From NCBI GenBank assembly GCA_963765205.1, contig CAVXVB010000005.1, forward strand, positions 416,001-480,000: 64,000 nucleotides of DNA, given 5' to 3'. Below the pieces are notes generated by a model, which was not told where the DNA came from, did no database searches, and worked only from the letters and a program-made list of their open reading frames with translations. This DNA is from an uncultured Verrucomicrobiae bacterium (GTDB lineage: Bacteria; Verrucomicrobiota; Verrucomicrobiia; Opitutales; JABDGR01). Shown in pieces: positions 11,074 to 20,856 of the stretch (position 1 is its first letter; the number at the start of each line of letters is the position of its first letter). The translations under genes were made by a program, and so were the position numbers.

Positions 11074-13149
11074 TTAATGGCTCTGCAATTTGAGGATGGT
11101 GATGGAGTAGGGGGGCAGTGTGCGGGTGAAGCTGGCGCTGAAGCCGCTCTCTTGCGAGGTGACGGGAACGATTTTCTTCGGCTCGGCGATTGAATTAGTG
11201 TCCGTGAGGCTGTCCGCCTTCATGACCACGGATGCGCCGTCGGAAGCAATGGAGGCCACGCCCTTGATGTCCACGTGCAACGGTGTGGCCGAGGCGAGGG
11301 GGTTGACGAGATTGAGGTAGATGAGGCCGGTCTGGCTGTCGCGCGTGGCGCAGGAATAGAAGGTGGGGACTGGCCGGGGCTGGCCGGGAGGGCCGCCGCG
11401 GCCGCCTTGCGGGGTATAGTCGCGGGTGCCGATATTGGCGGTTTCGCTGGTCAAAATTTCGTCGCCCCGGTTGTTGTTGAACATCACTTGGGCGTAATAA
11501 GCGGGCGAACCGTAGCTGGTCAGTGCATCATAGCCGATCAGGTTGCAGGGCCATTCCATGGATCCGACGGTGCGGGCGCCTTGCGGGTTGCTGACGTTGA
11601 CAAACAAGGGTGCATACGAAGCCATGATGACGACATCGGAATTGCGTTCGAAGCCGGTCATGTAGGCGGCGTCCCCCAGGGCGCCTTGAAAATTCGGGGT
11701 CGGCACGTTGCCGTTGCCGCCGGGCACGCGCGTGGCCCATTCACCTTCAAAAACTTTCGGTCCGTTCCGGTCGTATTTGTCATAAGTGGTCGAGGCGTCG
11801 TCGGATTGCAATTCGGAAGACGTGTAAAGGTGGTGATCCTGCACGTCCCCGGTGCGGTCGGTCGCCCGGCTGGTGAGCCGGCCCTGGGCATTGACACCGC
11901 CGCGGATGGAGGAGTCAATGAGCTGCAGCTTGGGGTATTTGGCCTTGATGGCGTCGTAAAATTGCGTGAAGCGCCCATTGTAGTCGCCGCGCCAGTCTTC
12001 GTTGCCGATTTCGACATAGTTAAGGGTGAACGGAGCCGGGTGGCCGTCCTGAGCGCGTCGCGCGCCCCACTTGGTGTTCACGTTACCCGTGACGTATTCG
12101 ATTTCGTCGAGGGCATCCTGCACATAGGGTTGTAAATCAGGGCCGGCGGCCACTTCACCGTTGCCCAAGGCCAGGCCCGAAAAAACGGCCAACACCGGCT
12201 GCATCTTCAGATCTTCGCACCATTCCAGAAATTCGAGCAGGCCCATGCCGTCGGAGGAACGGTAGCTCCAAGTGCCAGTGTGGCCGGGGCGTTGGGCCAG
12301 GTCGCCGAGGGTTTTTTTCCAATCAAAACGGTTGGCCACGCCGTTGCCTTCGAGGTAATTGCCGCCGGGGAAGCGCAGGAAAGCCGGGTGATAATCCGCC
12401 AGCAATTGCATAAGGTCGGGGCGGTTGCCATTGGGCCGGTCGTTGTAAGTCGGCGGGAACAGTGAAACGAGACTGAACCAAGCCGTGCCGGGCGCATTCG
12501 TCCAAATCAGGAAATTGGCATCCTTGGTCGGCGTGACACTTCCATCGGTTTTTAGGGTCACCTCGTATTTTTGCCAGTCACCCGTGATTTTTGGGATCGT
12601 CGCGTAGGCATAGGTGAGGGGTTGGGTGGTGCTCGAAATAGCGATGCTCAGCGGGCCGGTGAAATGGCCATCGGCCTTGGCGTAGAAGGAGGCGTGATAG
12701 GTGGTGTTCGGCCGCACCGGGATGCCCCAGAAGCCTTCGTTGGCCACGCCCACCCGGAGTTTGTCCGAGGCAGTGGTCGCGGTGAGCTTCAGGCTGACGG
12801 GCAAGGCATCGTTATACTTTTCGGTGGTGTCGAAATCCATGGTGCCACTGGCGCCCGGGTCCTGCACGATGGACCAACGCCGGGGATTGGTGGGAGGGTC
12901 TTGAAAAGTGCGGTTCGCAATCAGTTCGCCATAAAGGCCGCCGTCATAGGCATAATTGATTTCTTCAGTCATAAATCCGTAGAGAATCGGGCTGGAATGG
13001 CCTTTGACTTGATCGGCGTTGATGGTGAGGGTTGCCACTGGGGCGGCGGGTGCTGGCGCATCAGCGGCACACAAGATTCCCGCAGTGGCCGCGAAGACGA
13101 AAAGCGGGCAAATCCACAACAGGGTTTTGGATAAAGGCAGAGTCTTCAT
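11074..13149 (-). CDS. Secreted alpha-L-arabinofuranosidase, GH51 (with CBM-like N-domain)
   Basis: Signal peptide; EEINYAYDGGLYGELIANRTF, FLRFPGGNY, YVEIGNE, VFEGEWA, ERNSDVVIMASYAPLF. Confidence 0.9.
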   Translation of the reverse strand: MKTLPLSKTLLWICPLFVFAATAGILCAADAPAPAAPVATLTINADQVKGHSSPILYGFMTEEINYAYDGGLYGELIANRTFQDPPTNPRRWSIVQDPGASGTMDFDTTEKYNDALPVSLKLTATTASDKLRVGVANEGFWGIPVRPNTTYHASFYAKADGHFTGPLSIAISSTTQPLTYAYATIPKITGDWQKYEVTLKTDGSVTPTKDANFLIWTNAPGTAWFSLVSLFPPTYNDRPNGNRPDLMQLLADYHPAFLRFPGGNYLEGNGVANRFDWKKTLGDLAQRPGHTGTWSYRSSDGMGLLEFLEWCEDLKMQPVLAVFSGLALGNGEVAAGPDLQPYVQDALDEIEYVTGNVNTKWGARRAQDGHPAPFTLNYVEIGNEDWRGDYNGRFTQFYDAIKAKYPKLQLIDSSIRGGVNAQGRLTSRATDRTGDVQDHHLYTSSELQSDDASTTYDKYDRNGPKVFEGEWATRVPGGNGNVPTPNFQGALGDAAYMTGFERNSDVVIMASYAPLFVNVSNPQGARTVGSMEWPCNLIGYDALTSYGSPAYYAQVMFNNNRGDEILTSETANIGTRDYTPQGGRGGPPGQPRPVPTFYSCATRDSQTGLIYLNLVNPLASATPLHVDIKGVASIASDGASVVMKADSLTDTNSIAEPKKIVPVTSQESGFSASFTRTLPPYSITILKLQSH

Positions 13150-13225
13150 GGGGTGGGGTGGAGTGATAAAGCAGAGCCACCCAGCTTGGATTCCGCCGTG
13201 ACAAAGTCCATCCGAAAAAAGCCCG

Positions 13226-14809
13226 TCACGCGCCAACGTCGCCCTGGGTCCAACAGCCATCAATCAGCCGCCACATCCGGCCATTGGGGTTATGGTCGCG
13301 CAAGGCGGCGGGCAGGCGTGCGGCGCGGACATTGTCGTAGCATTGCAGCACGCCAAACCGGCGCAGGGCGGCGGGAATGCCCACGGCGGTAAAGCCCGGA
13401 TGCCCGGTCGCCGGGTAAGGCCCGCCGTGGTTCATCGCCGGGCTGACGGCCACGCCTGTCGGCATCTTGTCGTTGAGCAGGCGGCCCACGCGCCGGCGCA
13501 GGCGCGGTTCCAACTCGGCGCACAGCGCGTCGTCGCTCCCGCGTGTGTCGGAATAAAGGCAGCCGGTGAGGTTGCCTTCGAGGTGTTCCAAAATCGCGCT
13601 TATTTCGCGCGGGTTGCGCGCGACGACCGCGAGCGTCGCGTTGCCGAAGGCCTCCGTTTGCAGTTTTTCCGGCGCATGCAGAAAAACTTCGCCGGACGCG
13701 CGCAACAACGTGTTCGCGTGGCGGTAGCCCGCGCCGCCCACACGCTGCCCGCCGGTGACGAGCTGCGCGCCTGCCGCCTGCAAAGTTCCCACCGCTTCAT
13801 GCATAGCATGGGCCACGCCCGCCGACAACAACGGCGCGGTCGGCGCGGCCTCAAAGCGTTGCTGGACGGCGGCGATAAACGCGTCGGCCGATGCGTCCGC
13901 GATTAAAATAACAATACCGGGGCTGGTGCAAAATTGCCCGGAGCCGAGGAGGCAACTGCCGGCAAATTCCTCGGCGATTTTCGCGCCGCGCTCGGCCAGC
14001 GCGCCGGGCAGAATCACGACAGGATTCACGCTCGAAAGTTCGAGGTAGATCGGCTTGCCTGCGGCGTCGGCGGCGGCCTTGAGCTTCAGCCCCGCGCTGC
14101 GGCTGCCGGTGTAGGCGGTGGCGCCGGTGCGCGGGTCGGCGACGAGGCGCGCGCCGTCGGCGTGGCTGGTGCGGTAAAGCAATTGCACCGTCGCGGGCGG
14201 CAGGCCGGTTTCGTGGAGCGCGGCCAGGGCTTCCTCGGCCAGCAAACGCGTGGTGCCGGGATGCGAAGTGTTGGCCTTGGCGATCACCGGATTGCCCGCC
14301 GCGATGGCTGCCGCGAAATCACCGCCGGCCGCGCTGTTGAATGCGAACGGAAAATTATTCGGCCCAAACACGCACACCGGGCCAATCGGCGCCAGTTGCG
14401 AGCGGATGTTCAGCTTGGGGTCAATCGTCGGCAGCGCCCACGAGCCTTCGAGCGCCGCCGCGGCGGCCTGGCGCAACTGGCCGGTGGTGCGCGGCAACTC
14501 AACGTCCGCCAGGCGCGGCGTTTTCGCCAGCCCGGATTCAAGATGCGCCATTTCCACGAGTTCCGCCGCGCGTTTTTCGATGCGCTCGGCAAATTTAGTG
14601 AGAAATTCGGCGATTTTTTCCGGGGGCGTCGAGCGGAGCAGTGCCGCCGCGCCCGCCGCCGCGGTGAGCGCCGCCGCGCAATCGGCCCAGTCGCTGACGG
14701 GATATTCGTCGGGCAGCGGCTGGCCGAGCGCGGGGTTTTCGGCGCGGAAAACGCCCATCGCGTGGGCCGCGCGCCAGTGTCCGGCAATCAAGATGGGTTG
14801 GGTGGGCAT
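13226..14809 (-). CDS. NADP-dependent aldehyde dehydrogenase, alpha-ketoglutaric semialdehyde dehydrogenase type
   Basis: FGPNNFPFAF, GGDFAAA, YTGS, ELSSVNP, GQFCTSPG, PTGVAV..AMNHGGPYPAT. Confidence 0.87.
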   Translation of the reverse strand: MPTQPILIAGHWRAAHAMGVFRAENPALGQPLPDEYPVSDWADCAAALTAAAGAAALLRSTPPEKIAEFLTKFAERIEKRAAELVEMAHLESGLAKTPRLADVELPRTTGQLRQAAAAALEGSWALPTIDPKLNIRSQLAPIGPVCVFGPNNFPFAFNSAAGGDFAAAIAAGNPVIAKANTSHPGTTRLLAEEALAALHETGLPPATVQLLYRTSHADGARLVADPRTGATAYTGSRSAGLKLKAAADAAGKPIYLELSSVNPVVILPGALAERGAKIAEEFAGSCLLGSGQFCTSPGIVILIADASADAFIAAVQQRFEAAPTAPLLSAGVAHAMHEAVGTLQAAGAQLVTGGQRVGGAGYRHANTLLRASGEVFLHAPEKLQTEAFGNATLAVVARNPREISAILEHLEGNLTGCLYSDTRGSDDALCAELEPRLRRRVGRLLNDKMPTGVAVSPAMNHGGPYPATGHPGFTAVGIPAALRRFGVLQCYDNVRAARLPAALRDHNPNGRMWRLIDGCWTQGDVGA

Positions 14810-14834
14810 GGAAGCAGTTCTTAAATTTTAGAAA

Positions 14835-14862
14835 GGGCGCAATCTAGCTGCGCCCGTTTTTT
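14835..14862. terminator. Intrinsic terminator-like hairpin
   Basis: GGGCGCA-N7-TGCGCCC flanked by an A tract and a T tract. Confidence 0.45.
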
Positions 14863-14886
14863 GATTTTGAGATGAAGTTAAATAAT

Positions 14887-15789
14887 CTACAGCCATTTTT
14901 TCCAGCCGGCGAGCAAGGCGTCAATTTCCTTGTGCTCCTCGGGGCGCAGATTTACGAGCGGCGCGCGCACGGGGCCGCCGGCCAGGCCGATTTGGTCCAT
15001 CATGGTTTTCATCACGGAAACTTCGTAGCCTTTGCGCCGCGCGCGGAATTCATAGAGGGGGATGACCAGCTCGTCCATCAGCGCGCTCAGTTCGGCGGAA
15101 TGGCCGGCGGCGGCCAGTTCGTGCAGGCGCAGGGACAGGCGCGGCGCGACGTTGGCGATGCTCGAGGTGTAGGTGCGCACGCCCATGGAATAGTAGCCGG
15201 GCACCATGTCGTCCCCCGCGCCACCGACCCAGAGCAGGCGCGAGCCGAGTCTGCGGCGAATCATCTGGAAACGCCGGAGGTCGCCCTGGCCGTCCTTCCA
15301 GACCACAAGGGTGGGGATTTTCGCCAGCTTTTCGACGAGCGCCGGCCCGGGGGCGAACCAGTCGCGGCTATAAATGATGAGGCCCAGCGGCGTGGCGTTG
15401 GCGATGGCGCGGTAGTAGGCGAGGACGCCCTCCTCGTCGGGCGCGGGGTAATACGGCGGGAAGGCGAGGATGCCATCCACGCCCGCTTTGGCCGCCGCGC
15501 GGGCCAGCTCGACGGCGAGCGGCGGGTTGAAGCCCGTCCCCGCCAGCACCGGCACGCGGCCCTTGACCTCCTTGACGACAGTCTTGACCACCACAAGGTG
15601 CTCGGCGGGCGACAAGGAATAAAGCTCGCCGGTGCCCGCGGCGGCGACGACCGCGCAGACGGGATGCTTGAGCAAGGCGCGCAAATTCTTGCGCAAGCCG
15701 TCGAGGTCCAGCGACAAGTCGGCCTTGAACGGCGTGACGGGGAAGGAAATGACGCCTTGAAGTTGGCGGCGCAGCTCGGCGGGAGACAT
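14887..15789 (-). CDS. 5-dehydro-4-deoxyglucarate dehydratase (DapA family)
   Basis: SFPVTPF, AAGTGE, PPYY, IYSRD, KDGQGD, SSIAN, GYEVSVMK; adjacent to the KGSA dehydrogenase. Confidence 0.8.
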   Translation of the reverse strand: MSPAELRRQLQGVISFPVTPFKADLSLDLDGLRKNLRALLKHPVCAVVAAAGTGELYSLSPAEHLVVVKTVVKEVKGRVPVLAGTGFNPPLAVELARAAAKAGVDGILAFPPYYPAPDEEGVLAYYRAIANATPLGLIIYSRDWFAPGPALVEKLAKIPTLVVWKDGQGDLRRFQMIRRRLGSRLLWVGGAGDDMVPGYYSMGVRTYTSSIANVAPRLSLRLHELAAAGHSAELSALMDELVIPLYEFRARRKGYEVSVMKTMMDQIGLAGGPVRAPLVNLRPEEHKEIDALLAGWKKWL

Positions 15790-15988
15790 GGGAAGGGGAA
15801 ATTAAGAATTAAGAAGGAAGAATTAAGAAGTGAAGAGAAGGGCGGAGGGGGAGCGACTGAGGCGTCGGCGACTGAGGGCAGGGCGGGAGGGTTTGGGGTA
15901 GCAATACTTGGCACTCTGCGCAAGCCCGCAGATTAGCTCGACAAGGGCCGCGGCGTGCCTGATAGTAACCCTTTGCGCAACGTCGCAA

Positions 15989-16065
15989 CGGGGCGTAGCG
16001 AAGCCTGGTATCGCGCTTGGTTTGGGACCAAGAGGTCGCCGGTTCGAATCCGGCCGCCCCGACCA
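15989..16065 (+). tRNA. tRNA-Pro(TGG)
   Basis: CGGGGCG acceptor stem, anticodon arm CTTGG-TTTGGGA-CCAAG, GGTTCGAATCC, encoded CCA. Confidence 0.96.
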
Positions 16066-16159
16066 GTTCTAAATTTTGGAATTTTGAATAACGAATTACG
16101 AAACGAATTTCCCAATGCAGCATGAAACAATTGGTTCGGCGCCACCGATAGTTCTCATG

Positions 16160-16627
16160 TTATGGATGGGTGATGGCGCTCGTTTCAACCGGATAAAAAT
16201 CCCGACTGAAATCGTTACGTGCTATCTGAAGAACTAAGTTAAGGAAGTGAACGGTATATTCAGAGCCTGGCCCGGATAATTTCGCAAATAACTCGGGATC
16301 CTGCTCATATTTTTGAGCTGTTTTCAAACACAACTCCTTAATTTTCTCGATCTTCTCAGGGGGCAATCGCCAAATTCCATAATATTCTCGTCCAGCAGTA
16401 ATAATCCCATGCATTTCAAGATGTTTTCTGTTCCAGGAGAGTCTATTCTCCAGCCTAGTCTGGTTGGGAGAGATTTCTTCTAGATCATCTTCGCGCAATT
16501 TAATCAACTTCTTCAATTCGATAAACTTCAGCACGCGCCAACGTTCAGGCTTGGCATTGTTTTGAAATTTAAGAATCCCGTAAATCGCCAAGGCAACGAT
16601 ATTATCACCCTGCTTGGATTTATTCAT
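16160..16627 (-). CDS. Low-GC protein with Mrr N-terminal-like winged-helix domain
   Basis: L.EDDLEE..PNQTRLENRLSWNRKHL...GII...GIWRL resembles Mrr_N; no nuclease domain seen; AT-rich. Confidence 0.55.
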   Translation of the reverse strand: MNKSKQGDNIVALAIYGILKFQNNAKPERWRVLKFIELKKLIKLREDDLEEISPNQTRLENRLSWNRKHLEMHGIITAGREYYGIWRLPPEKIEKIKELCLKTAQKYEQDPELFAKLSGPGSEYTVHFLNLVLQIARNDFSRDFYPVETSAITHP

Positions 16628-16730
16628 AGTGATCGGGGGTTGTCTTTGACTTTTTCAATAGCTGGCAGCATCAAGAACACAAGTGAGATTTGAATTGCGG
16701 CAGCGAAGGTTTTGCGGCAATTTAACCACC

Positions 16731-17000
16731 ATGCTGGCGGTTACACTGAACGAGGCCAAGACCAAGCTCACTGCATTGTTGAATGCAGCGGAGCGGGGTG
16801 AGCACGTCCTGATCAAGCGCCAAGGGAAGCGCCCGGTGGCGTTGGTGCTGGTCGAAGGTCACGAACCAGAAGCGTGGCCGGAAATTTCCGCATCCGCATT
16901 GGATGCTTTCGCGGAAGAATTGGCGGCCGAAAAGGCGGCTGGCAATCTATCCTTAATCGGCGCGTCCGCCCGGTCCGCCGCCGCGGTCTTACGCGCCTGA
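16731..17000 (+). CDS. Phd/YefM family antitoxin
   Basis: VTLNEAKTKLTALLNAAERGEHVLIKRQGKRPVALV. Confidence 0.85.
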   Translation: MLAVTLNEAKTKLTALLNAAERGEHVLIKRQGKRPVALVLVEGHEPEAWPEISASALDAFAEELAAEKAAGNLSLIGASARSAAAVLRA

Positions 17001-17003
17001 GGT

Positions 17004-17285
17004 ATGGCCATGGAGAAGCCCATCCTGGCGTCCCGCCGTTTTCGGACGACATGGAAGAAACTGGATGGCCGGCTTAAAGAGCGCGTCATCGACGTGATTT
17101 TGGCGCTGCCGGCCTTGCAAGCTGACCCGCACAAGCACAGCGGCGGGGGCTTTCGGCGGCTTCACCCGGGGGATTTCTGGGAAGCCCGGTTGGATTTGCG
17201 CTGGCGACTTATCCTGCACATCTCCGAAAAAGAAATCGTGCTCTTCGATGTAATGAACCACGACCAAGTGCGCCGCTTGCACTAA
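17004..17285 (+). CDS. RelE/ParE superfamily toxin (probable)
   Basis: 93-aa basic protein 3 bp after the antitoxin; SRRFRTTWKKL, WEARLDLRWRLI, DVMNHD. Confidence 0.72.
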   Translation: MAMEKPILASRRFRTTWKKLDGRLKERVIDVILALPALQADPHKHSGGGFRRLHPGDFWEARLDLRWRLILHISEKEIVLFDVMNHDQVRRLH

Positions 17286-17301
17286 GGTTAATTTTTACCC
17301 T

Positions 17302-18987
17302 TCACGCATTCCACTGGCGGCGGCGGCAGCCCCACCAGACGAAGGCCGCGCCGGCGAGGGCGTGGAGTAGGAGGACGAGCATCGCCACTGACGAATCGGG
17401 GATGAGCGTGCCGGGGTTGGTGGCGGTGTAGGCGTCGTAGAGGTGTTCCGCCGCCATGGATTTGAAATAGCCGGCCCAGCCCCAATAGGCGTTGATGAAC
17501 GGGCGCAAGAACCACACCAGCCAGACCGGCAGCGCCAGCACCACGCCCGATAGCGGCAATTGGAAGCCCACCAGGTAAATCGCCAGCGTCGAGGCTTTTT
17601 CCGCCGAGGCCAGCCACGCCGAAAACGCCAGGCAGACCCACGTCATCGCCACGCAGACCAGCACCAGCGCCAGCGTTTGCGTGAACCAGGGGCCGGGGAA
17701 AACGGCGATGATTTTCACAAACGCCGTCATCCACGCGCCTTGAAAGGCCGCGAGCAGGCCGGTGAAAAAGAGTTTGGACGCCACATACGCGCCGGGCCGC
17801 AAGCCGGTCAGACGTTCCTTTTCATACAGCAGCCGTTCGCCGGCGATTTCGCGCGCGCCGTTGTTGGCGCCCATCAGCGTGAGCAAAATCACTTGAAACA
17901 TGATCAGGCTCGTCACCAGCGAGGAGGTGTGCGCCGCCGCGATCGCGTAGTCGAGTTGCTGCCGCACGGCCTCGACGCCTTCGGGGCGCAGCGGGGGCGC
18001 GGCGATTTGCGGCAGGCCGTTCAACGCGAAAATCACGACCATGACCGGAAAGCCGAAGGTGATGGCAAGCACGAGTGAAAGGTAGCCGTGGTCGCGGAAC
18101 AGCAGGCGCCCGCGCCGGCGCATAAGCGTGAGAAACTGGCTCAGGCCGTCCGGCCGGGTCGCCAAGGCCGCCGCGGCGCGCGGTTGTTCGGCCGGCGGCT
18201 CGTCTGGCGCGGGTTTCGCCGCTAGCGCCTGCGCCCAGCGTTCACGCCAGTAGGATTGGGGATGGGTATTGAGCGCATCGTAGAGTCGCAAAGCGTCCGG
18301 GATGGAAAAATAGACATACAATTCCTCGAGCGTGCCTTGAAAGACGACTTCGCCGGCGTTTAGAACGGTGATCCAGTCAAAATAATTCAGGTTGGCGAGA
18401 TTGTGGATGATGCACAGCAGGGTCTTGCCTTTTTTCCGGCACAGGTTGCGCAGCAGGTCGAGGATGGTGTTTTCCGAAAGCGGGTCGAGGCCCGAGGTTA
18501 CTTCGTCGCAAATGAAGGTGGGCGGATCCACCAGCAACTCGAGTCCGAGACCCAGCCGGCGCAATTGGCCGCCCGAGAGCGAATCGACCAGTTTGTGGCG
18601 GTGCTCGGCCAGGCCGATGACCCCGAGCACATAATCGAGCCGCCCGCCGCGCGCGCCGGTGTCGGCCAGAGTCAGTTCGAGTCCGTAGCGCAGACATTCC
18701 TCGACGGTGAGTTTCGGCTGGGCGATGCTGAATTGCGGGGCAAAAGCTACGCGCCCGAGCAAATCTTCGGGCCGCCGGATGCGTTCATCATTCAGCCACA
18801 CCTCGCCGTCCAGATCCACGGGCACCAACCCGAGCATCGCCTTGACTAGCATGGTCTTGCCGCAGCCCGACGGCCCGATGATGGCGTTCATGGCGCGCGG
18901 ATGGAATTCCACCGTCACGCCATGCAGAATCGGCGGTAGCGACGGGTCGCCCTTGGGCCGGACGGTCAGGTTGCGGCAACGCAGCAC
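17302..18987 (-). CDS. ABC transporter, fused ATP-binding and ABC-2 permease (ABCG-like half transporter)
   Basis: GPSGCGKT, LSGGQLRR, CDEVTSGLD, REIAGERLLYEKER, several C-terminal TM helices. Confidence 0.88.
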   Translation of the reverse strand: MLRCRNLTVRPKGDPSLPPILHGVTVEFHPRAMNAIIGPSGCGKTMLVKAMLGLVPVDLDGEVWLNDERIRRPEDLLGRVAFAPQFSIAQPKLTVEECLRYGLELTLADTGARGGRLDYVLGVIGLAEHRHKLVDSLSGGQLRRLGLGLELLVDPPTFICDEVTSGLDPLSENTILDLLRNLCRKKGKTLLCIIHNLANLNYFDWITVLNAGEVVFQGTLEELYVYFSIPDALRLYDALNTHPQSYWRERWAQALAAKPAPDEPPAEQPRAAAALATRPDGLSQFLTLMRRRGRLLFRDHGYLSLVLAITFGFPVMVVIFALNGLPQIAAPPLRPEGVEAVRQQLDYAIAAAHTSSLVTSLIMFQVILLTLMGANNGAREIAGERLLYEKERLTGLRPGAYVASKLFFTGLLAAFQGAWMTAFVKIIAVFPGPWFTQTLALVLVCVAMTWVCLAFSAWLASAEKASTLAIYLVGFQLPLSGVVLALPVWLVWFLRPFINAYWGWAGYFKSMAAEHLYDAYTATNPGTLIPDSSVAMLVLLLHALAGAAFVWWGCRRRQWNA

Positions 18988-19315
18988 GGATTTGTTCTAA
19001 CGATTTTGCGACATCATGCCACCGGAAAATTTTCCCCACTCACGGGCGCTCCGCCAGTGCCGGGCCCGAAAGAATTTAACGATTTTTTTGCGTGGACGCG
19101 GGCGCGGCAACGGATGTAATTCCTTGATAACCGGGGGCTTCCTTCAGGCCGGTAAAAGATATTGAAAAACATTGGGGCAAAAAAAAGGAGGTTGAAAATG
19201 GCTTATTTACCCCCTAGTATTAAAATCAGTCAAAAGCGAATTCAGCGCCTGAAGATGCGCCGGTTCGATTTTCCAGGCTTCCGCTCAGCTCCCCTATTCC
19301 GCCAAAAAGACGCCC

Positions 19316-20026
19316 ATGCTTTCGATGCCATCCAGGATCCCCACCCGCGCTGGCGCCACGCGGCCCGCGCTGCGCTGCGGCTTTACCTTGTTGGAGTGCA
19401 TCACCGCCATGTGCTGCTTCACGCTGTTGTCACTCGGTGTGTCGTCGGCTGTCATGCAAGCCACGCGGCTCGCGCAGCTCAATATCTTGCGCACGACCGC
19501 TTACACCGTTGCGCAGGGCTACATGGAGCAAATGTTCAGCATCAATGCGGCGAATATCGAAGCCGCTTCCGAGTCGTGGGTCACGAACCCCCCGCCGATC
19601 CCCACCGAAGCGGTCAACTCCCTCGCCGTCAACACCACCAGCATCGAGATCAGCGACCCGCTCTGGGTCAGCCCGATGGCCAGCACGGTTCCCGCGGGTA
19701 CGGCCAACGCGAATTTGACCGCGCGCACCGACGCCGGCTACACCAGCGACATGTGGAATAACAAGCAAGTCATGGTCAACCTCACCACCAGCGGCAATAC
19801 CACCACGCCCATTATCATGAATATGCGGCTGGATGTGACAGTTTCGCGCGCGTGGACACAGGTCACCAACGGCAATACCACCGTCTGGCAAGTCCCGCAA
19901 TCGCCCACCGAACCTGGCTATTTTCTGATTCGGATTGATTTCGAGTTCGAATCCAACGGCTACCTGGCGGCGGGTTGGCAGAACGGCACGCTCCGGATGG
20001 CCCGCAACGATGTCTCGGGACCGTGA
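19316..20026 (+). CDS. Prepilin-type N-terminal cleavage/methylation protein (PilV-like minor pilin)
   Basis: Basic leader, G|FTLLE, hydrophobic helix. Confidence 0.8.
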   Translation: MLSMPSRIPTRAGATRPALRCGFTLLECITAMCCFTLLSLGVSSAVMQATRLAQLNILRTTAYTVAQGYMEQMFSINAANIEAASESWVTNPPPIPTEAVNSLAVNTTSIEISDPLWVSPMASTVPAGTANANLTARTDAGYTSDMWNNKQVMVNLTTSGNTTTPIIMNMRLDVTVSRAWTQVTNGNTTVWQVPQSPTEPGYFLIRIDFEFESNGYLAAGWQNGTLRMARNDVSGP

Positions 20027-20064
20027 AGCCTTCGCTCATTTTTTTGCAAACACGTCTCCGCTCG

Positions 20065-20823
20065 ATGAAACACTCCCGTCATTTTCCTCCGTCCCTGCGC
20101 CAGCGCTGCCGGGCGGGTTTCACGCTCGCCGAAATCGTCGTGTCCATGGGCGTGGCCATGCTGCTCATGGACATGGTCATGCAATACTACGTGGAAAACG
20201 GGCGGTATATGTATCTCAACGAGCAGCAGTTAACGATCAACAAGGACATGCGCGTGCTGACCGCGCAAATGTCCGACGACGCCCGCTACGCGAATTTTTT
20301 CGTGATGTATGCCAATTACACCGCGTGCACCAGTCCCAGCCAGGAGTTGCTCGAGGGCGATTCGGGAGACTATCTGGTGTTTGTCTTTTACGGCACCCCG
20401 GTGACGGGCGCGGCCATCAACGTCCGCCCCATCTCCGAACTCGTGGGCTACTTTCGCGAGCCTTACCAATCGAACCAACTTTACCTCGACCCGATCACGG
20501 GCGCGTCGGTGTCGCTTGAGCCGGTCCATCGCTTTGACCTCAGCGTGGCCAACGGCACCTTGGCGGCGAACCAGTATCTCGAGTCTGCCAATGTCCCGAC
20601 CGGGGGCACCACAACCACCCTCGAGGCGTTGCTGCCGGCCAACACCGCCACGGTGATCGCCTCCTTTCCCATTGTCGTGCAACTGGCCAACGGCCTGGCC
20701 GACGGCTGCCTGTTTCACGACTTCTGGGGCAAAAGCGTCATGATCAACGGGCAGATCGTGCAAGGCAGCAATTACGTCAGCGCCTCGGACACCTATAATT
20801 TCACCATTTCGCCGCGCGGCTGA
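20065..20823 (+). CDS. Prepilin-type protein (PilW-like minor pilin)
   Basis: Basic leader, G|FTLAEIVVSMGV; C-terminal YNFTISPRG. Confidence 0.8.
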   Translation: MKHSRHFPPSLRQRCRAGFTLAEIVVSMGVAMLLMDMVMQYYVENGRYMYLNEQQLTINKDMRVLTAQMSDDARYANFFVMYANYTACTSPSQELLEGDSGDYLVFVFYGTPVTGAAINVRPISELVGYFREPYQSNQLYLDPITGASVSLEPVHRFDLSVANGTLAANQYLESANVPTGGTTTTLEALLPANTATVIASFPIVVQLANGLADGCLFHDFWGKSVMINGQIVQGSNYVSASDTYNFTISPRG

Positions 20824-20856
20824 CGGCCCGCGGCCCTTTTCCACCTGGACATCACC

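Noticed and set aside
16066..17300. Prophage or integrative element at tRNA-Pro
   Set aside because: No integrase, phage genes or att duplication; kept only as a small islet.
18990..19315. c-di-GMP riboswitch upstream of the pilin cassette
   Set aside because: No GEMM-type GCAAA/GNRA-receptor pattern could be recognised.
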